This document shows positions 6,452 through 15,793 of a stretch of 26,095 nucleotides of DNA, in pieces. The stretch comes from Marine Group I thaumarchaeote. Its GTDB lineage: Archaea > Thermoproteota > Nitrososphaeria > Nitrososphaerales > Nitrosopumilaceae. The position numbers and the translations under genes were made by a program. The first letter of the stretch is position 1; each line of letters opens with the position of its first letter. The notes under the pieces were generated by a model, which was given only the letters and a program-made list of their open reading frames with translations, was not told where the DNA came from and ran no database searches. The stretch spans positions 673,947 through 700,041 of the forward strand of contig CP054849.1 in NCBI GenBank assembly GCA_044358425.1, read 5' to 3'.

Positions 6452-6589
6452 AAAATAATTTCAAAAATACTTTGAAAAGATCCTAGGCACAATTATGATA
6501 AAAATTCATCATATTTACGCACAAAAAATAAGATGAAAATTAGCCATAACGATTAACTCAAATACCTCTAAAAGTGAGCAACATCTCCA

Positions 6590-7798
6590 ATGAATCCAAC
6601 ATACGATGAAATACTAAAAGCAAATGCATTACGAGGAAATGTAATTAGAAAAACACCTTTAATTCATTCACCAACATTTAGTGATTTAACAAATTCAGAA
6701 ATTTTCCTAAAAGAAGAATTTAGGCAAAAAACAGGATCATTTAAGATCAGGGGAGCATATTATAAAATTAAATCATTATCAGATGATGAAAAAAAACATG
6801 GGGTTGTAGCTGCATCAGCAGGAAATCATGCACAAGGGGTTGCGTTAGCATCATCATTAGAAAATATATCATGTACAATTGTAATGCCTAAAAATGCATC
6901 ACCTGCAAAAGTTGCTGCAACTAGAGGTTACGGAGCAAATGTAATTTTAGAAGGAGTAAACTATGATGAATCATATTCTAAGGCAAAAGAAATTTCTGAA
7001 AACACTGGTGCTGCATTAATACAAGCTTTTGATGATCCTCAAATAATTGCAGCACAAGGAGTAATTGGATTAGAAATATTAGAAGACTTACCAGATGTTG
7101 AAGAAATTTATTTACCAATAGGCGGTGGGGGTCTAGCAGCAGGAACTGTGATAGCAATTAAAGAAAAAAATCCAGATGTCAAAGTCGTAGGAGTTCAATC
7201 AAAATCATTTCCATCCATGTATGAGTCTGTAAAACAAAATACACGAACACTAACTGGTGGAGAGAGAACAATTGCAGATGGCATATCTGTAAAAATGCCT
7301 GGAGAAATAACTTTCAACATAATCAAAGAACTAATGGATGAAATTGTATTAGTAGATGATGATGAAATTACAAAAGCTATGTTCCTATTAATGGAAAGAA
7401 TGAAATTTGTAGTTGAACCGGCAGGTGCAGTAGGCCTTGCATATCTATTATCGAAAAAACCGTCACCTGGAAAAAAAGTAGTAGCAGTATTAGCAGGAGG
7501 TAACGTAGACATGTATCTATTAGGTCAGATTGTAGATAAAGGACTAGCAGCAATGAGCAGATTGTTGAAACTATCAGTTTTGTTACCTGACAGACCAGGA
7601 GCATTTAAAGAAATTGTAGATATTATCACTTTAGCTAATGCAAATATTGTTGAAGTGGTTCATGATAGATTAAGTTCAGATGTAAATGCAGGTTCTGCAT
7701 CAGTCACTCTTAATTTAGAAACACAAGGAAAAGAACAAGCACAATCATTGATCAAATCTCTAGAGGAGAAAAATGTTAAATTCAAATTATTGACATAA
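6590..7798 (+). CDS. ilvA: threonine ammonia-lyase (threonine dehydratase) with C-terminal ACT domain
   Basis: PLP lysine motif TGSFKIRGA; ASAGNHAQG; PIGGGGL; VVEPAGA; GGNVD; ACT motif LPDRPG. Confidence 0.95.
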   Translation: MNPTYDEILKANALRGNVIRKTPLIHSPTFSDLTNSEIFLKEEFRQKTGSFKIRGAYYKIKSLSDDEKKHGVVAASAGNHAQGVALASSLENISCTIVMPKNASPAKVAATRGYGANVILEGVNYDESYSKAKEISENTGAALIQAFDDPQIIAAQGVIGLEILEDLPDVEEIYLPIGGGGLAAGTVIAIKEKNPDVKVVGVQSKSFPSMYESVKQNTRTLTGGERTIADGISVKMPGEITFNIIKELMDEIVLVDDDEITKAMFLLMERMKFVVEPAGAVGLAYLLSKKPSPGKKVVAVLAGGNVDMYLLGQIVDKGLAAMSRLLKLSVLLPDRPGAFKEIVDIITLANANIVEVVHDRLSSDVNAGSASVTLNLETQGKEQAQSLIKSLEEKNVKFKLLT

Positions 7799-7811
7799 GA
7801 TTAGTGAAAAT

Positions 7812-8039
7812 ATGCCTTTATTTTGTAAACAATGTAATGAAAGAAGATTACCAAAATCAGTAAAACCAGAAAATACAACATTATGGTTATGTGAAAAATG
7901 TAAAAATTTTGTGGATTCTAATGATTTCATTGTAAGAGAAGCAAAAACTGATGAATGTAACACATCACAAGAGGATTATAAAAAATGGGTAAAATCCATC
8001 CCTCCAACAGATGGTACTAAAGATTCATTTCGATACTAA
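7812..8039 (+). CDS. small C4 zinc-ribbon protein
   Basis: CKQC-x18-CEKC; starts 13 nt after the ilvA stop. Confidence 0.8.
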   Translation: MPLFCKQCNERRLPKSVKPENTTLWLCEKCKNFVDSNDFIVREAKTDECNTSQEDYKKWVKSIPPTDGTKDSFRY

Positions 8040-8043
8040 ATAA

Positions 8044-8139
8044 TTAAAAATTTAATTCAATTCCCAAAACAAGTAATTGAACTACAAAAACTACCCCTAG
8101 TAATACCGATCCTAAAACAATTTTAAGAATTTTAGACAT
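8044..8139 (-). CDS. 31-aa single-TM microprotein (not in ORF track)
   Basis: [31 protein letters not shown]; basic N-terminus and a hydrophobic stretch of about 20 residues; fills the gap between its neighbours. Confidence 0.55.
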   Translation of the reverse strand: MSKILKIVLGSVLLGVVFVVQLLVLGIELNF

Positions 8140-8181
8140 AGTACATTAGATATTTTTAGTGCATTTTAATGAATTTATTTA

Positions 8182-9324
8182 ATGGCAAAAATTTTGGGCA
8201 TTATCGGAGGAGGTCAATTAGGAATGATGCTTACAGAAGCTGCCAAAAAAATGCCCGAACACATATCAAAAGTAATAGTTTTAGATCCAAATGAAAATTG
8301 TTCAGCATCATTAGTTGGAGCAGAGCAAATAGTGGCAGATTTTAAAGATAAAGACTCAATCATCAACCTAGCAAACCAAGTGGATATTATCACATATGAA
8401 ATTGAATCAGGAGATAGTGATGTATTAAAATCCGTTGAAAATAAGGCTGAGATCAACCCATCTCCAGAAACTCTAAAAACTATTCAAGATAAATTTTTAC
8501 AAAAAACATTTTTGCAAAATCACAATATTCCAGTTCCAGAATTTATCAAAGTGGAAAACATTGAAGAGGTTAAAGAAGGATTAAAAAAATTTGGGTATCC
8601 AGCATTACTGAAAGCAAGAAGAGATGCATATGATGGAAAAGGTAATTTCAAAATAGATTCAGAAAATGAGATTCAAACAGCATATGATTATTTCAAAGGA
8701 CAAAAACTCATGTTAGAAAAATTTGTCCCATTTAAAATGGAAGTATCAGTCATAGCATCAAGAAACACTAAAGGAGAAATTAAGACATATCCATTAGTTG
8801 AGAACATTCATGAGAGAAACATTCTTCGAGAAACAATTGCACCATCTAGAACATCAAATGAAGTTTCAGAAAAAGCTGGAAAAATAGCTAGTAATACAAT
8901 GGATGTTTTGAAAGGTGCCGGAGTATTTGGAATAGAAATGTTTGTTACTCAAGATGATGAAATAGTAATTAACGAAATAGCACCAAGAGTTCATAATTCA
9001 GGTCATCACACATTACAGTCAAGTAAAACATCTCAATTTGAACAACATTTACGTGCAATTTTAGGATTGGATTTGGGAAGTACTGAATTACTTCACAACA
9101 CAATAATGTACAACATTTTAGGTAATTTGGATTTTCAAGGAGAATATAAAAAAATAGAAATTTCTGAAAAGAATATTTTCCTAAAAATGTATGAAAAGAA
9201 AGTTTCTAAACCTCTAAGAAAACTAGGTCATTTAAACATCGTTGGATTTGAGAAACAATCAATTGATGAATTACTGACACAATTAGAAAAAATCAAGAGT
9301 AGTGTAAACGTAGAATCAATATAA
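8182..9324 (+). CDS. purK: 5-(carboxyamino)imidazole ribonucleotide synthase (ATP-grasp)
   Basis: GIIGGGQLGMM; QDKFLQK; YDGKG; NEIAPRVHNSGH; SQFEQHLRAILGL; RKLGH. Confidence 0.96.
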   Translation: MAKILGIIGGGQLGMMLTEAAKKMPEHISKVIVLDPNENCSASLVGAEQIVADFKDKDSIINLANQVDIITYEIESGDSDVLKSVENKAEINPSPETLKTIQDKFLQKTFLQNHNIPVPEFIKVENIEEVKEGLKKFGYPALLKARRDAYDGKGNFKIDSENEIQTAYDYFKGQKLMLEKFVPFKMEVSVIASRNTKGEIKTYPLVENIHERNILRETIAPSRTSNEVSEKAGKIASNTMDVLKGAGVFGIEMFVTQDDEIVINEIAPRVHNSGHHTLQSSKTSQFEQHLRAILGLDLGSTELLHNTIMYNILGNLDFQGEYKKIEISEKNIFLKMYEKKVSKPLRKLGHLNIVGFEKQSIDELLTQLEKIKSSVNVESI

Positions 9325-9357
9325 TTGGTTTAAATATTGTAAATTTTCAATTCAAAT

Positions 9358-9732
9358 ATGGCATTAAAAGCAGCAGCAATGGCACTTACTGGAATAGCAA
9401 TTGCATTACTGGTGATATATGGTGCTGATGTTGCAGTATCAATGGGTAATGCCGATAAAGAAGGATTTTTGCCATTAGATGATATGCAAAGAGGTATGGG
9501 ACTAGGAGGTCCAGCAATAATTTTACCAATTATTGCATTTTTCATAGCTATTAGAGAAAAATCTAAGGGATTAGGAGGATTAATCATTATTTCAGGAATA
9601 TTAATTCTAGTTGGAGGTATTGCAATGATAGCAACACCTGCACCAGAAGGAGCAGAAAGAAGTCCAATAATGTTATTTGCACCTGCAATTATCCAACTTG
9701 TATTAGGTGCAATTAAAATAGTAAAATCCTAA
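9358..9732 (+). CDS. small integral membrane protein (about 4 TM)
   Basis: Four hydrophobic segments in 124 aa. Confidence 0.85.
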   Translation: MALKAAAMALTGIAIALLVIYGADVAVSMGNADKEGFLPLDDMQRGMGLGGPAIILPIIAFFIAIREKSKGLGGLIIISGILILVGGIAMIATPAPEGAERSPIMLFAPAIIQLVLGAIKIVKS

Positions 9733-9743
9733 GTGAATACATA

Positions 9744-9890
9744 ATGCCAATTTGTGCAAAATGTAGTAATGATGTCAAAAAAGTGTATGATTGTGATCAT
9801 ACAAAATATGAAGATTATTGTGTAGAATGTTATACTGAACTTCACTACTACATAACGGAGAATAATAAAGACGAAGATGTTAACTGCTAG
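9744..9890 (+). CDS. 48-aa multi-Cys/His zinc-binding microprotein (RING/B-box-like spacing; not in ORF track)
   Basis: MPICAKCSNDVKKVYDCDHTKYEDYCVECYTELHYYITENNKDEDVNC; C-x2-C-x9-C-x-H-x6-C-x2-C-x4-H; starts 11 nt after the upstream stop and overlaps the next gene by 14 nt. Confidence 0.8.
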   Translation: MPICAKCSNDVKKVYDCDHTKYEDYCVECYTELHYYITENNKDEDVNC

Positions 9891-10116
9891 AGAAATTGCA
9901 ATTTATGCACTAGGTAAGACAGAGGGAGTAAATTCCCTTGCAGAAACACTTGGAAAAGGCATGGATGATGAAAAATACATAGAATCATGGAATAAAACAT
10001 TGAAACTTTTAGGAATAGAGTTACCGCTAGAAGAATTAGAAACAATTTACAATGAATTTGCAAAGAAAATGGATGAAATTGTTAATGACTCTGAAATAAA
10101 TGAAATTAAGAAATAA
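9877..10116 (+). CDS. small helical hypothetical protein
   Basis: 79-aa ORF inside a same-strand gene run. Confidence 0.8.
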   Translation: MLTAREIAIYALGKTEGVNSLAETLGKGMDDEKYIESWNKTLKLLGIELPLEELETIYNEFAKKMDEIVNDSEINEIKK

Positions 10117-10155
10117 TAAGATAAATTTGAATAGTTGATTATAGAAAATTTAGCA

Positions 10156-10824
10156 ATGAAAGCAATTATTTTAGCAGGTGGTAGAGGAAAAAGACTGAAG
10201 CCAGTTACAGATTATGTTCCAAAACCATTAGTTCCAATAAAAAATATTCCAATTATTGAATGGCAAATAAGATATTTGAAGAAATTTGGTATTAATGAAG
10301 TCATAATTTGTACGGGTTACAAAACAGATATGATTGAAAGTTATTTGAGTATGAAAAAATTAGGACTGAAAATTAAATTTTCAATAGAAAAAACTCCACT
10401 AGGTACAGGTGGTGCAATTAAAAAAGCAGGCAAATTAATTAACGAAAAATCTTTTTTTGTAATTAATGGCGATACTATAACAAATATTGATTTACATAAA
10501 CTAGCAAGTAAGAAAAATGCAATTGCTGCCATTGAACTAAGAACAAAGTATGGTATTTTGGAAACAGAATCAGACAAGATTATTAATTTTAAAGAGAAAA
10601 AAGAAATTGCAGATACATGGATGAATGCAGGAATTTACCATCTTGAAAAAGAGATTCTAAAAAAATTACCAATAAAAGGAGACATAGAAAAAACAGTTTT
10701 TCCAGATTATGCAAAAAAAGGATTACTAAACATAATAAAATTTAAAAATGTAGAATGGTTTTCTGTGGACTCATTCAAAGACATGGAAGAATGTTCTGAA
10801 AGAGTAGAAAAAATAATTAAATAA
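10156..10824 (+). CDS. sugar-phosphate nucleotidyltransferase (NTP_transferase family)
   Basis: MKAIILAGGRGKRLKP...PKPLV; EKTPLGTGGA; INGD; NAGIY. ATG 10156 preferred over TTG 10135. Confidence 0.93.
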   Translation: MKAIILAGGRGKRLKPVTDYVPKPLVPIKNIPIIEWQIRYLKKFGINEVIICTGYKTDMIESYLSMKKLGLKIKFSIEKTPLGTGGAIKKAGKLINEKSFFVINGDTITNIDLHKLASKKNAIAAIELRTKYGILETESDKIINFKEKKEIADTWMNAGIYHLEKEILKKLPIKGDIEKTVFPDYAKKGLLNIIKFKNVEWFSVDSFKDMEECSERVEKIIK

Positions 10825-10833
10825 AATATTAGA

Positions 10834-10977
10834 TTATGCACCTGTTCTGTGTAGTGTTACCATCATGTATGCAACTTCCTCTACAAACAACTCATCATTA
10901 CTAGCAGAAGCATATTTTGTTGCATTTTTCCAAAATTTCTCATTTTTAGTAGATCCTTGAAAAATCTGTTCAGCCAT
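10834..10977 (-). CDS. 47-aa hypothetical microprotein (not in ORF track)
   Basis: MAEQIFQGSTKNEKFWKNATKYASASNDELFVEEVAYMMVTLHRTGA; ATTAATTA about 25-32 nt upstream; fills the intergenic gap. Confidence 0.65.
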   Translation of the reverse strand: MAEQIFQGSTKNEKFWKNATKYASASNDELFVEEVAYMMVTLHRTGA

Positions 10978-11077
10978 AATATCATTGGATAATTGGTGAG
11001 ATAATTAATCACCTCAATCAAAATTAACCTATTACTAAAACAGATACACTAGAATATCCAATATTCATACTCAATTC

Positions 11078-12043
11078 ATGCGTATAGCGTGCAGTTTAGG
11101 CTCATTACTAACAGTTGAAGAAGTGTTACACTGTTCAAAATCCATATCTGATTCAAAAATTGATTCAATATGGATTCCAGAAACCTGGGGAATGGAAAAT
11201 TTTTCAACTATGTCAGCAGTGGCAAGTAACACAGATAGTCAAAAAATAGGCTCATCAATAATCAATATCTATTCAAGAAGTCCATCAACAATTGCAATGG
11301 GTGCTGCCACAGTAGATATTTTATCAAACGGGCGATTAATTTTGGGATTAGGTACAAGTAGTATGCCCATAGTTGAAGATTTTCATGGAAACAAATTTTC
11401 CAATCCAGTTCAAAGAATGAAAGAATATGTAGAAATCATTAGATTGGCATTATCAAAAAAACAGATGAATTATTCAGGTAAAGTATTTGAATTAAATAAT
11501 TTTACATTATTGATTGAACCAAAAAGAAAATCAATTCCAATATATCTTGCAGCAATTAATGAAAAAATGGTTAATTTAACTTGGGAAATTGCAGATGGAG
11601 TAATTTTCTATTTGAGACCACTAGAAGAATTGAAAAAAACAATTACAAAAATGCAATCAAAAAAAAGAATTGATGTTGCATGTCAAATTATTACATGCGT
11701 ATCTGAAGATTCAGAAAATGCAATTTTAAGAGCAAAAAAAACACTTGCATTTTATGTTTCAGTAGGTAATATCTATAGAGAATTTTTATCTAAAAATGGG
11801 TTTCAAAATGAAACAAAAAATATTTTTGAAGAATTTAAAAATTCAGGATTCAAATCAAATTATGAATTAGTTACTGATAAGATGTTAAATTCACTATGTA
11901 TTGCAGGAAATCCAAATGAAAGTAAAAAACAATTACAAAAATTCAGAGATTCAGGAATAGACTTACCAATAATTCAATTCAATCCAATTGGAGATACTAA
12001 AGAATCATTTTCATTATTGAAAAAAACATTTTTGGAGAATTAG
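11078..12043 (+). CDS. LLM-class flavin/F420-dependent oxidoreductase
   Basis: DSIWIPETWG; IGSSIINIYSRSP; LSNGRLILGLG; IPIYLAA; EIADG. Confidence 0.92.
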   Translation: MRIACSLGSLLTVEEVLHCSKSISDSKIDSIWIPETWGMENFSTMSAVASNTDSQKIGSSIINIYSRSPSTIAMGAATVDILSNGRLILGLGTSSMPIVEDFHGNKFSNPVQRMKEYVEIIRLALSKKQMNYSGKVFELNNFTLLIEPKRKSIPIYLAAINEKMVNLTWEIADGVIFYLRPLEELKKTITKMQSKKRIDVACQIITCVSEDSENAILRAKKTLAFYVSVGNIYREFLSKNGFQNETKNIFEEFKNSGFKSNYELVTDKMLNSLCIAGNPNESKKQLQKFRDSGIDLPIIQFNPIGDTKESFSLLKKTFLEN

Positions 12044-12045
12044 AC

Positions 12046-13155
12046 ATGAATAAAGTTGGAATTGTAGGTTATGGAAATACATCATTTACAAAGGATGATG
12101 ACAAAATTGAATCTATTTTACATAAATCTGCAAATCAACTTTTTAAAAAAAATCCAGAAATCGATAAAAAACAGATTGATGCAGTACTTGTTTCAACAAA
12201 TAATAATTCAAAATACCTGTCACCCATTTTATCAGAAATGGTGGGAATTCAACCAAAAATTGCTCATTCCATAGAAAGTTTGTGTAATTCAGGCACAAAT
12301 TCAATAGTTTCAGCATTTTCATATATTTCATCAGGGTTAGCAGATATGGTTCTTGTTTCAGGTGCAGAAAGATTTGATAGTCCTGGTCAGATACTTGAAT
12401 GGGACAATTCTAGAGGAGAGTTCAAACATCCAATATTTTGGGCATCAATTTTTTCCAAATCCTATAAACAAAAATTTAATGTTTCAGAGGAGGATCTTGC
12501 AATTGTTTCAGTAAAAAATCATAAACAAGCACAGAAAAATCCTAATGCGTTATCAAAAAAAACATATTCAGTTGAAGATGTAATTAATTCTAAAAAATTA
12601 ACAGAAGATTTAAGATTATTAGATTGTTCTAGACCTTGTTCTGGTGGTGCATCAATTGTATTAGCATCAGAAGAAATATCTAAAAAAATTACAGATACAC
12701 CAATATGGATTAGTGGAATTGGGCAAAAAACAACCTCAGCAGGGTTTACTAAAAATGAATCATTGTTTTCAATGAATTCAAGTAAACAGGCAAGTGCATC
12801 TGCACTAAAAATGGCAAATAAAAATATCTCACAAATAGATGTTGCCGAAATTCATGATGCATTTTCAGTTTGTGAACCAATGGCGCTAGAATCTATGGGA
12901 TTTACAAATCAAGGAGAAGGTATGAGTTTAGTTAAAAATTTACATGAGACAAATAATTTTAAAATAAATTCACGTGGAGGACTAATTGGTTGTGGACATC
13001 CATTAGGAGCTACGGGAATATCTCAAACAATTGAAATTGTACAACAATTACAACAATCAGCAGAGGGAAGACAAGTAGATAAACCAGAAATTGGACTAGT
13101 ACACAATATGTCAGCTGCAGCAACATCATCAACAGTATTGGTTTTAGAAAAATGA
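12046..13155 (+). CDS. SCP2/SCP-x-type thiolase (acetyl-CoA C-acetyltransferase family)
   Basis: Catalytic Cys in ESLCNSG; AEIHDAF; GHPLGATG; GLVHN. Confidence 0.93.
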   Translation: MNKVGIVGYGNTSFTKDDDKIESILHKSANQLFKKNPEIDKKQIDAVLVSTNNNSKYLSPILSEMVGIQPKIAHSIESLCNSGTNSIVSAFSYISSGLADMVLVSGAERFDSPGQILEWDNSRGEFKHPIFWASIFSKSYKQKFNVSEEDLAIVSVKNHKQAQKNPNALSKKTYSVEDVINSKKLTEDLRLLDCSRPCSGGASIVLASEEISKKITDTPIWISGIGQKTTSAGFTKNESLFSMNSSKQASASALKMANKNISQIDVAEIHDAFSVCEPMALESMGFTNQGEGMSLVKNLHETNNFKINSRGGLIGCGHPLGATGISQTIEIVQQLQQSAEGRQVDKPEIGLVHNMSAAATSSTVLVLEK

Positions 13156-13460
13156 ATTTTGAAGAGGAATTAACTAAAGGGAATTTTGCCATTCCCGAAT
13201 GTGTATCGTGTAAAAAGATTATTTGGCCACCTGCAGAATTTTGTAATGTATGCTATAATGAAACATGCCTAAAAACAGGGCAATTTACAGGTAAAATTAT
13301 AGAATATTCTAAACAAAATGAGGAATATTTCTGCATGGTGGAATTTCTAGATTCTTTTAGACTAATGGCAAAAATAAATGATAAACCACAAATTGGGCAA
13401 ATTGTTAAAATTACAAAGTGTGGTATTTTAAACGGAAATTATTTTTTTCAGATTATCTGA
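13152..13460 (+). CDS. DUF35 family Zn-ribbon/OB-fold protein (thiolase partner)
   Basis: CVSC...WPP...CNVC followed by OB-like strands; ATGA overlap with the thiolase. Confidence 0.88.
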   Translation: MNFEEELTKGNFAIPECVSCKKIIWPPAEFCNVCYNETCLKTGQFTGKIIEYSKQNEEYFCMVEFLDSFRLMAKINDKPQIGQIVKITKCGILNGNYFFQII

Positions 13461-14280
13461 ATTTTGTAAAAATGTATGGAGTTTCAATATTTTGATCAAA
13501 AGTCCATACTGTTGGCAATGAAACAGTTTCAATAACAGACAATTTATTTTCTTCAATAAGGGAACTCCATCCACCTTCAGATAAATTTCCAGATAATTGT
13601 CGTTTGGTATCACTGCCAGCAAAAACAATTCCTGTATTATTTTTTAAATTACTAATTGAATTAATTTTTTTAATTATGCTTGTAGCTAAAATATCTCCTC
13701 CCATTTGAGCAAGTCCCCCTATAAAGAATACTGGATTTTGTAAATTCAATTTTGAATAATCAAATTCTAACGCATCATTACATTTTGGATTAAAATTTTG
13801 ATTTGTATCATTACAAATTGTATTTTGTAATTCTACTAGAACATCATCAATTTCTATACTATGAGAATCAAAGTCAAGTATTTTTCCACAGTATGCAATT
13901 CGACCATCACCTGAACCAATATCTACAAGTTCAGAATATCCAATTTTTTTTGCAACTAAAGACATTACATATGCAGACATTATCCATGTCGGGTAAAATG
14001 GTTGACAACTTGAACCATGCTTAATACTATTAAGCCAATATTCATTGATATCACCCTCATAAACAATACAAGGAAAATCAAGGATATTTTTCTCAAATGA
14101 ATTAAGATAGATAGGGTTTTTTTGTGCAAAAAGATGTAATTGTTCTAAATGTTGTGTATCAATTGGAAATTCCTTTGATGGTTTTAAAGGCAATATTTCT
14201 TGAATATGTGCATTTCCTGTGTAATTTTGTGCAAAATCTTGCTTAATCTTAATTAAATTATCAACAAGTTCTTTGATCAT
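13453..14280 (-). CDS. class I SAM-dependent methyltransferase-like protein
   Basis: Motif I LVDIGSGDGRIA; acidic strand-2 end SIEID; NDAL. Confidence 0.8.
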   Translation of the reverse strand: MIKELVDNLIKIKQDFAQNYTGNAHIQEILPLKPSKEFPIDTQHLEQLHLFAQKNPIYLNSFEKNILDFPCIVYEGDINEYWLNSIKHGSSCQPFYPTWIMSAYVMSLVAKKIGYSELVDIGSGDGRIAYCGKILDFDSHSIEIDDVLVELQNTICNDTNQNFNPKCNDALEFDYSKLNLQNPVFFIGGLAQMGGDILATSIIKKINSISNLKNNTGIVFAGSDTKRQLSGNLSEGGWSSLIEENKLSVIETVSLPTVWTFDQNIETPYIFTKFR

Positions 14281-14319
14281 AAAATTTCTAAAATAATGGG
14301 TATGATAAACTCATTGTAA

Positions 14320-14520
14320 CTAATCATGTTTTTTAGATACAATTTGAGAAATTTCTTTTTGTAATTTATCTAATTCATTTAAAGTGTTTTTTTCTAATTC
14401 TTTAATTTTTTTTATTTCCTCATCAGTAGGCTCCATCATTAGTTCAAAAGTTATATGTTTTAAAATATTGAGATAAGAATCACGTTTTTCAAATAATTTC
14501 TCAATATCAAATTCTGACAT
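14320..14520 (-). CDS. small coiled-coil hypothetical protein
   Basis: 66-aa helical hairpin; TATATA 23-28 nt upstream. Confidence 0.8.
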   Translation of the reverse strand: MSEFDIEKLFEKRDSYLNILKHITFELMMEPTDEEIKKIKELEKNTLNELDKLQKEISQIVSKKHD

Positions 14521-14666
14521 TATTAGAGGTATTTTTTTGAAGTATATACAATTAGATAATCATTGAAAAATATTTATAGAAAATAAGTAATTTGTATGAC
14601 CGAAATTATAGATATTGTTGAGTTATAATGTAATTACCAAGATTACTAAATCTAAACTAGTAAAAA

Positions 14667-15236
14667 ATGCATATGAATAACAATCTAAAATCAATTACCA
14701 TTATGAAACTAAAAAAAGAAATGAAAAAAACCAATCATAAAAATGCAGCAAAAACAAGAAGGCAAAGAGGCTATCAATGGGAAGACACAATTGTCAAGAG
14801 ATTCAAAAAAACTGAAAATTGGAAGGCTTTCAGATTAGGATCGCCTAGCATTGCATTACCCGATGTATTAGCAGTAAATACAGAAAAAAGCACCATATTC
14901 ACAATTGAAGCAAAATCAGGAACAAGTACAACACTTCCAGTACCAGCAGATCAAATTGAAAGATGTTTAGAATGGATCAAAACTTTTGACATATACAAAA
15001 ACAAACAAGTTCTATTAGCATTCAAATTTTTATCTAAAAAACGATTAGATGTAGGAGTGTATGAAAACAGGGAATTAAGAGAATTTTTTAAAATTTGGGA
15101 CGAAAAATTAGAGATTAGTGACTGTGTTTGCACATATGATGGAAAAATTTATTCAAAAATTAATGGTGAAAAAAAAGAATTGACACTCAAAGAATGCAAA
15201 ATGCCATTTAAAACAAAACAAAGATCTAGTGCCTAA
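14667..15236 (+). CDS. hjc: archaeal Holliday junction resolvase-like PD-(D/E)XK nuclease (Hjc family)
   Basis: RG..WE..IV, PDVLAV and IEAKS motifs; start uncertain (14667, 14702 or 14721). Confidence 0.85.
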   Translation: MHMNNNLKSITIMKLKKEMKKTNHKNAAKTRRQRGYQWEDTIVKRFKKTENWKAFRLGSPSIALPDVLAVNTEKSTIFTIEAKSGTSTTLPVPADQIERCLEWIKTFDIYKNKQVLLAFKFLSKKRLDVGVYENRELREFFKIWDEKLEISDCVCTYDGKIYSKINGEKKELTLKECKMPFKTKQRSSA

Positions 15237-15286
15237 CTAGATTTTATTTTCAAATCGTTATTAAGGATAGAAGAATTAGTTAACGT

Positions 15287-15736
15287 ATGTCTGAAGAAAA
15301 TTCTAAAGAGGATACCATAGAATCAACTGCAGAGTCATTACTTGAAACAGTCTCTGATGCAGAAGTTAATTCAAGAATAAGTTTTGAAGAATTTACTGAC
15401 GAAAGAGCACTAATCAGTCGTGATGCATTTGGAAAAAAACAAATGAAAATTAAAGTTTTAGAGGTATCTGATGAAAATCCCGTACTAAAATGGAAATTTG
15501 GAGATCGTGTTAAAGTAACAAAAATACTTGTCACTATCAAACATCTTACCACACAGGAAGTAGAAGAGGCAGAATTCGATATTGAAGAAATTGAAAAAGA
15601 ATTATCTGAAAAAAGACACTACACTTCAACAAATAGATGGATTCCCACCGGAGATATCAAAAATGGTTATGTAGTAGGGGATAAACATACAAGATTAATC
15701 AGTGATGCAGCTGCATTAGATTACATTGTATTTTAA
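15287..15736 (+). CDS. conserved hypothetical protein
   Basis: 149-aa ORF; TATTAAG about 28 nt upstream. Confidence 0.85.
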   Translation: MSEENSKEDTIESTAESLLETVSDAEVNSRISFEEFTDERALISRDAFGKKQMKIKVLEVSDENPVLKWKFGDRVKVTKILVTIKHLTTQEVEEAEFDIEEIEKELSEKRHYTSTNRWIPTGDIKNGYVVGDKHTRLISDAAALDYIVF

Positions 15737-15793
15737 GCACACAGATAAATTTTCTCTGAAAAACATTATAAACATCACAATTTGAAAATGATT

